Shown: positions 36,390 through 37,773 of the stretch, piece after piece
How positions within the stretch are numbered: position 1 is the first letter of the stretch
How the letters are laid out: every line of letters begins with the position of its first letter
Translations under genes and position numbers: made by a program
Notes under the pieces: model-generated
Seen by the model: the letters and a program-made list of their open reading frames with translations, nothing else
What the model was told of the DNA's origin: nothing
Database searches by the model: none
From: Acidimicrobiia bacterium
GTDB lineage: Bacteria; Actinomycetota; Acidimicrobiia; Acidimicrobiales; VFJN01
Assembly (NCBI GenBank): GCA_050247895.1
Contig: JBFWTJ010000002.1
Location: 1 to 37,773 of the forward strand
DNA length: 37,773 bases
Direction: 5' to 3'

Positions 36390-37619
36390 TCAGCAGCTCG
36401 TCGCCGGCGCGTCGCCGGCCAGCCGGGCGTCGATCCAGGCCAGCACGTCGGCCATCGACGGCCCGATGACCCCGGCGTGGTCCTGGCCGGGGTAGGTCCG
36501 GCGCTCGACGACCTGGCCGGTGGTGCACATCCGCTCGAGCAGCAGCTGCGAGGACACGACGGGGATCTGCTCGTCGGCCTCGCCGTGCACGATGAGCACC
36601 GGTGACGACCCCGGCTCGTGGCCGGGGTCGTTCGCGTCCAGGAGGCCGGCCCACGGCTCGACGTCGCCGGGGTGGGCGGCGATGAGCTCCTCGTAGGCCA
36701 GGTCGGAGAAGTCGTCGGCCAGGGCCCGCCCGCACTCCCGGTCCACGACGTCGAGGCGGGCCATGCCCTCCGCGGTGAGCAGGTCGGCCGGGTCGGCGTC
36801 GGGGTAGGCCTCGCCCCACCCGGCGGCCACCAGGGCCAGGTAGAAGCGGAACGGGCTGTCGCGCAGGGCGTCGGCGATGAGGGGCAGCTGCGAGGGCGGC
36901 GCGCCGGCGACGGTGCCGACCAGGTCGAGCTCGGGGGCCCAGTCGGCCGCGACCTGGTTGGCGAACAGGGCGGCGTGCCCGCCCTGGGAGTGGCCCCAGA
37001 CCACGACCCGCTCGGACGCCCCGACCTCGTCGCCGAGGCGCCGGGCCGCCCGCACGACGTCCAGGACGCCCCGGCCCTCGCTCTCGCCGACCATGTAGGG
37101 GTGGCGGCCGGGGGTGCCCATGCCCTCGTAGTCGGTCGCGGTCACGACCATGCCCCGCTCCAGGAACGGGGCGGCCAGGCCCAGCTCGCCCGCGGGCAGG
37201 GTGACGCTGGGGGCGCAGGCGTCGGCGAGCCCGGTGGTGCCGTGGGCCCAGCTCAGCACGGCCCGGCCCTCGGGCGGCACGGGACCGTCCGGGTAGGCGA
37301 TCAGGCCGCTGACGACCACGTCGTCGCCCTGCACGGACTCGGAGTGGTAGAGGACGCGCCGCACCGTGGCGTCCTCGAGGCCGGGGATCTCGACCTCCTG
37401 GACGGCGATCGGGTCGCCGGGCTCGCCGGGCGTGCTCCACGAGGCGGCCAGCGCGTAGAGGTCCTCGTCGGGGCCGAGCTCGACGGGCAGGACCGGCGGG
37501 GCCTCGGTGGTCGTGGTGGTCGAGGTCGGGTCCCCGTCACCGGTCGGTGCGGCCTCGTCGTCGGCGCAGGCGGCGGTGCCGGCCAGCGCGAGGGCGAGCA
37601 GGGCAGCGGTCAGGCGCAT
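36390..37619 (-). CDS. secreted lipase-family alpha/beta hydrolase (probable lipoprotein)
   Basis: MRLTAALLALALAGTAAC is a signal with a lipobox-like Cys. Nucleophile elbow VVWGHSQGGHAALF, and a later VHGEADE. GAAGGA upstream of the ATG. Confidence 0.8.
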   Translation of the reverse strand: MRLTAALLALALAGTAACADDEAAPTGDGDPTSTTTTTEAPPVLPVELGPDEDLYALAASWSTPGEPGDPIAVQEVEIPGLEDATVRRVLYHSESVQGDDVVVSGLIAYPDGPVPPEGRAVLSWAHGTTGLADACAPSVTLPAGELGLAAPFLERGMVVTATDYEGMGTPGRHPYMVGESEGRGVLDVVRAARRLGDEVGASERVVVWGHSQGGHAALFANQVAADWAPELDLVGTVAGAPPSQLPLIADALRDSPFRFYLALVAAGWGEAYPDADPADLLTAEGMARLDVVDRECGRALADDFSDLAYEELIAAHPGDVEPWAGLLDANDPGHEPGSSPVLIVHGEADEQIPVVSSQLLLERMCTTGQVVERRTYPGQDHAGVIGPSMADVLAWIDARLAGDAPATSC

Positions 37620-37773
37620 CGGTGTTCCTTCTGCCCGCGATCTCGGTGCCCGGCGGAGCGGGAGGGATTCCGCTGGAGACGGTCGTCCAGTGCTCCGCCC
37701 CAGGTCAGTGCGTGTGTGAGGTGGCGGACCGGGAGTAACCCCGGGAGTAACGCAGCGGTGTAAACGCGAACCG

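Overview
High-GC (about 70%) actinobacterial chromosome segment spanning the replication-origin region. The gene order mirrors M. tuberculosis Rv3907c-Rv3924c / Rv0001-Rv0007. The minus strand carries dnaA-dnaN-recF-DUF721(DciA-like)-gyrB-gyrA-(TadE-like)-DUF3566-tRNA-Ile. Diverging on the plus strand are rpmH-rnpA-yidD-yidC-jag-rsmG ... parA-parB. These are followed on the minus strand by trxA-trxB, an anti-sigma/ECF sigma pair (SigM-like position), a Ser/Thr kinase, DegV, an Rv3909-like large exported protein and a GNAT. On the plus strand come a PilT-like ATPase, the CCA-adding enzyme and a peroxiredoxin, then a minus-strand secreted lipase. The left edge holds corA, a mycothiol-dependent isomerase-family gene and a saccharopine-dehydrogenase-like gene. 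Both dnaA-flanking intergenic regions contain DnaA-box clusters, and the dnaA-dnaN one also has an AT-rich stretch (oriC candidate).

The most unusual part is 18.6-21.9 kb. A second ECF sigma/anti-sigma pair is inserted between rsmG and parA, bracketed by 21-nt perfect inverted repeats built around a variant parS palindrome (GTTCCACGTGGAAC). It is followed by about 1 kb with no credible CDS. That stretch holds a third parS-like site and two 35/36-nt direct repeats separated by 39 nt (CRISPR-like geometry, but only two copies and no cas genes in the window).

Other points are a PilT-like protein whose catalytic motifs are all degenerate, an orphan TadE-like ORF, a kinase-sigma-anti-sigma chain with overlapping stop/start codons, and a perfect 14-bp hairpin presenting the rsmG start codon in its loop. 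All family calls come from motif recognition by eye; no database search was run.
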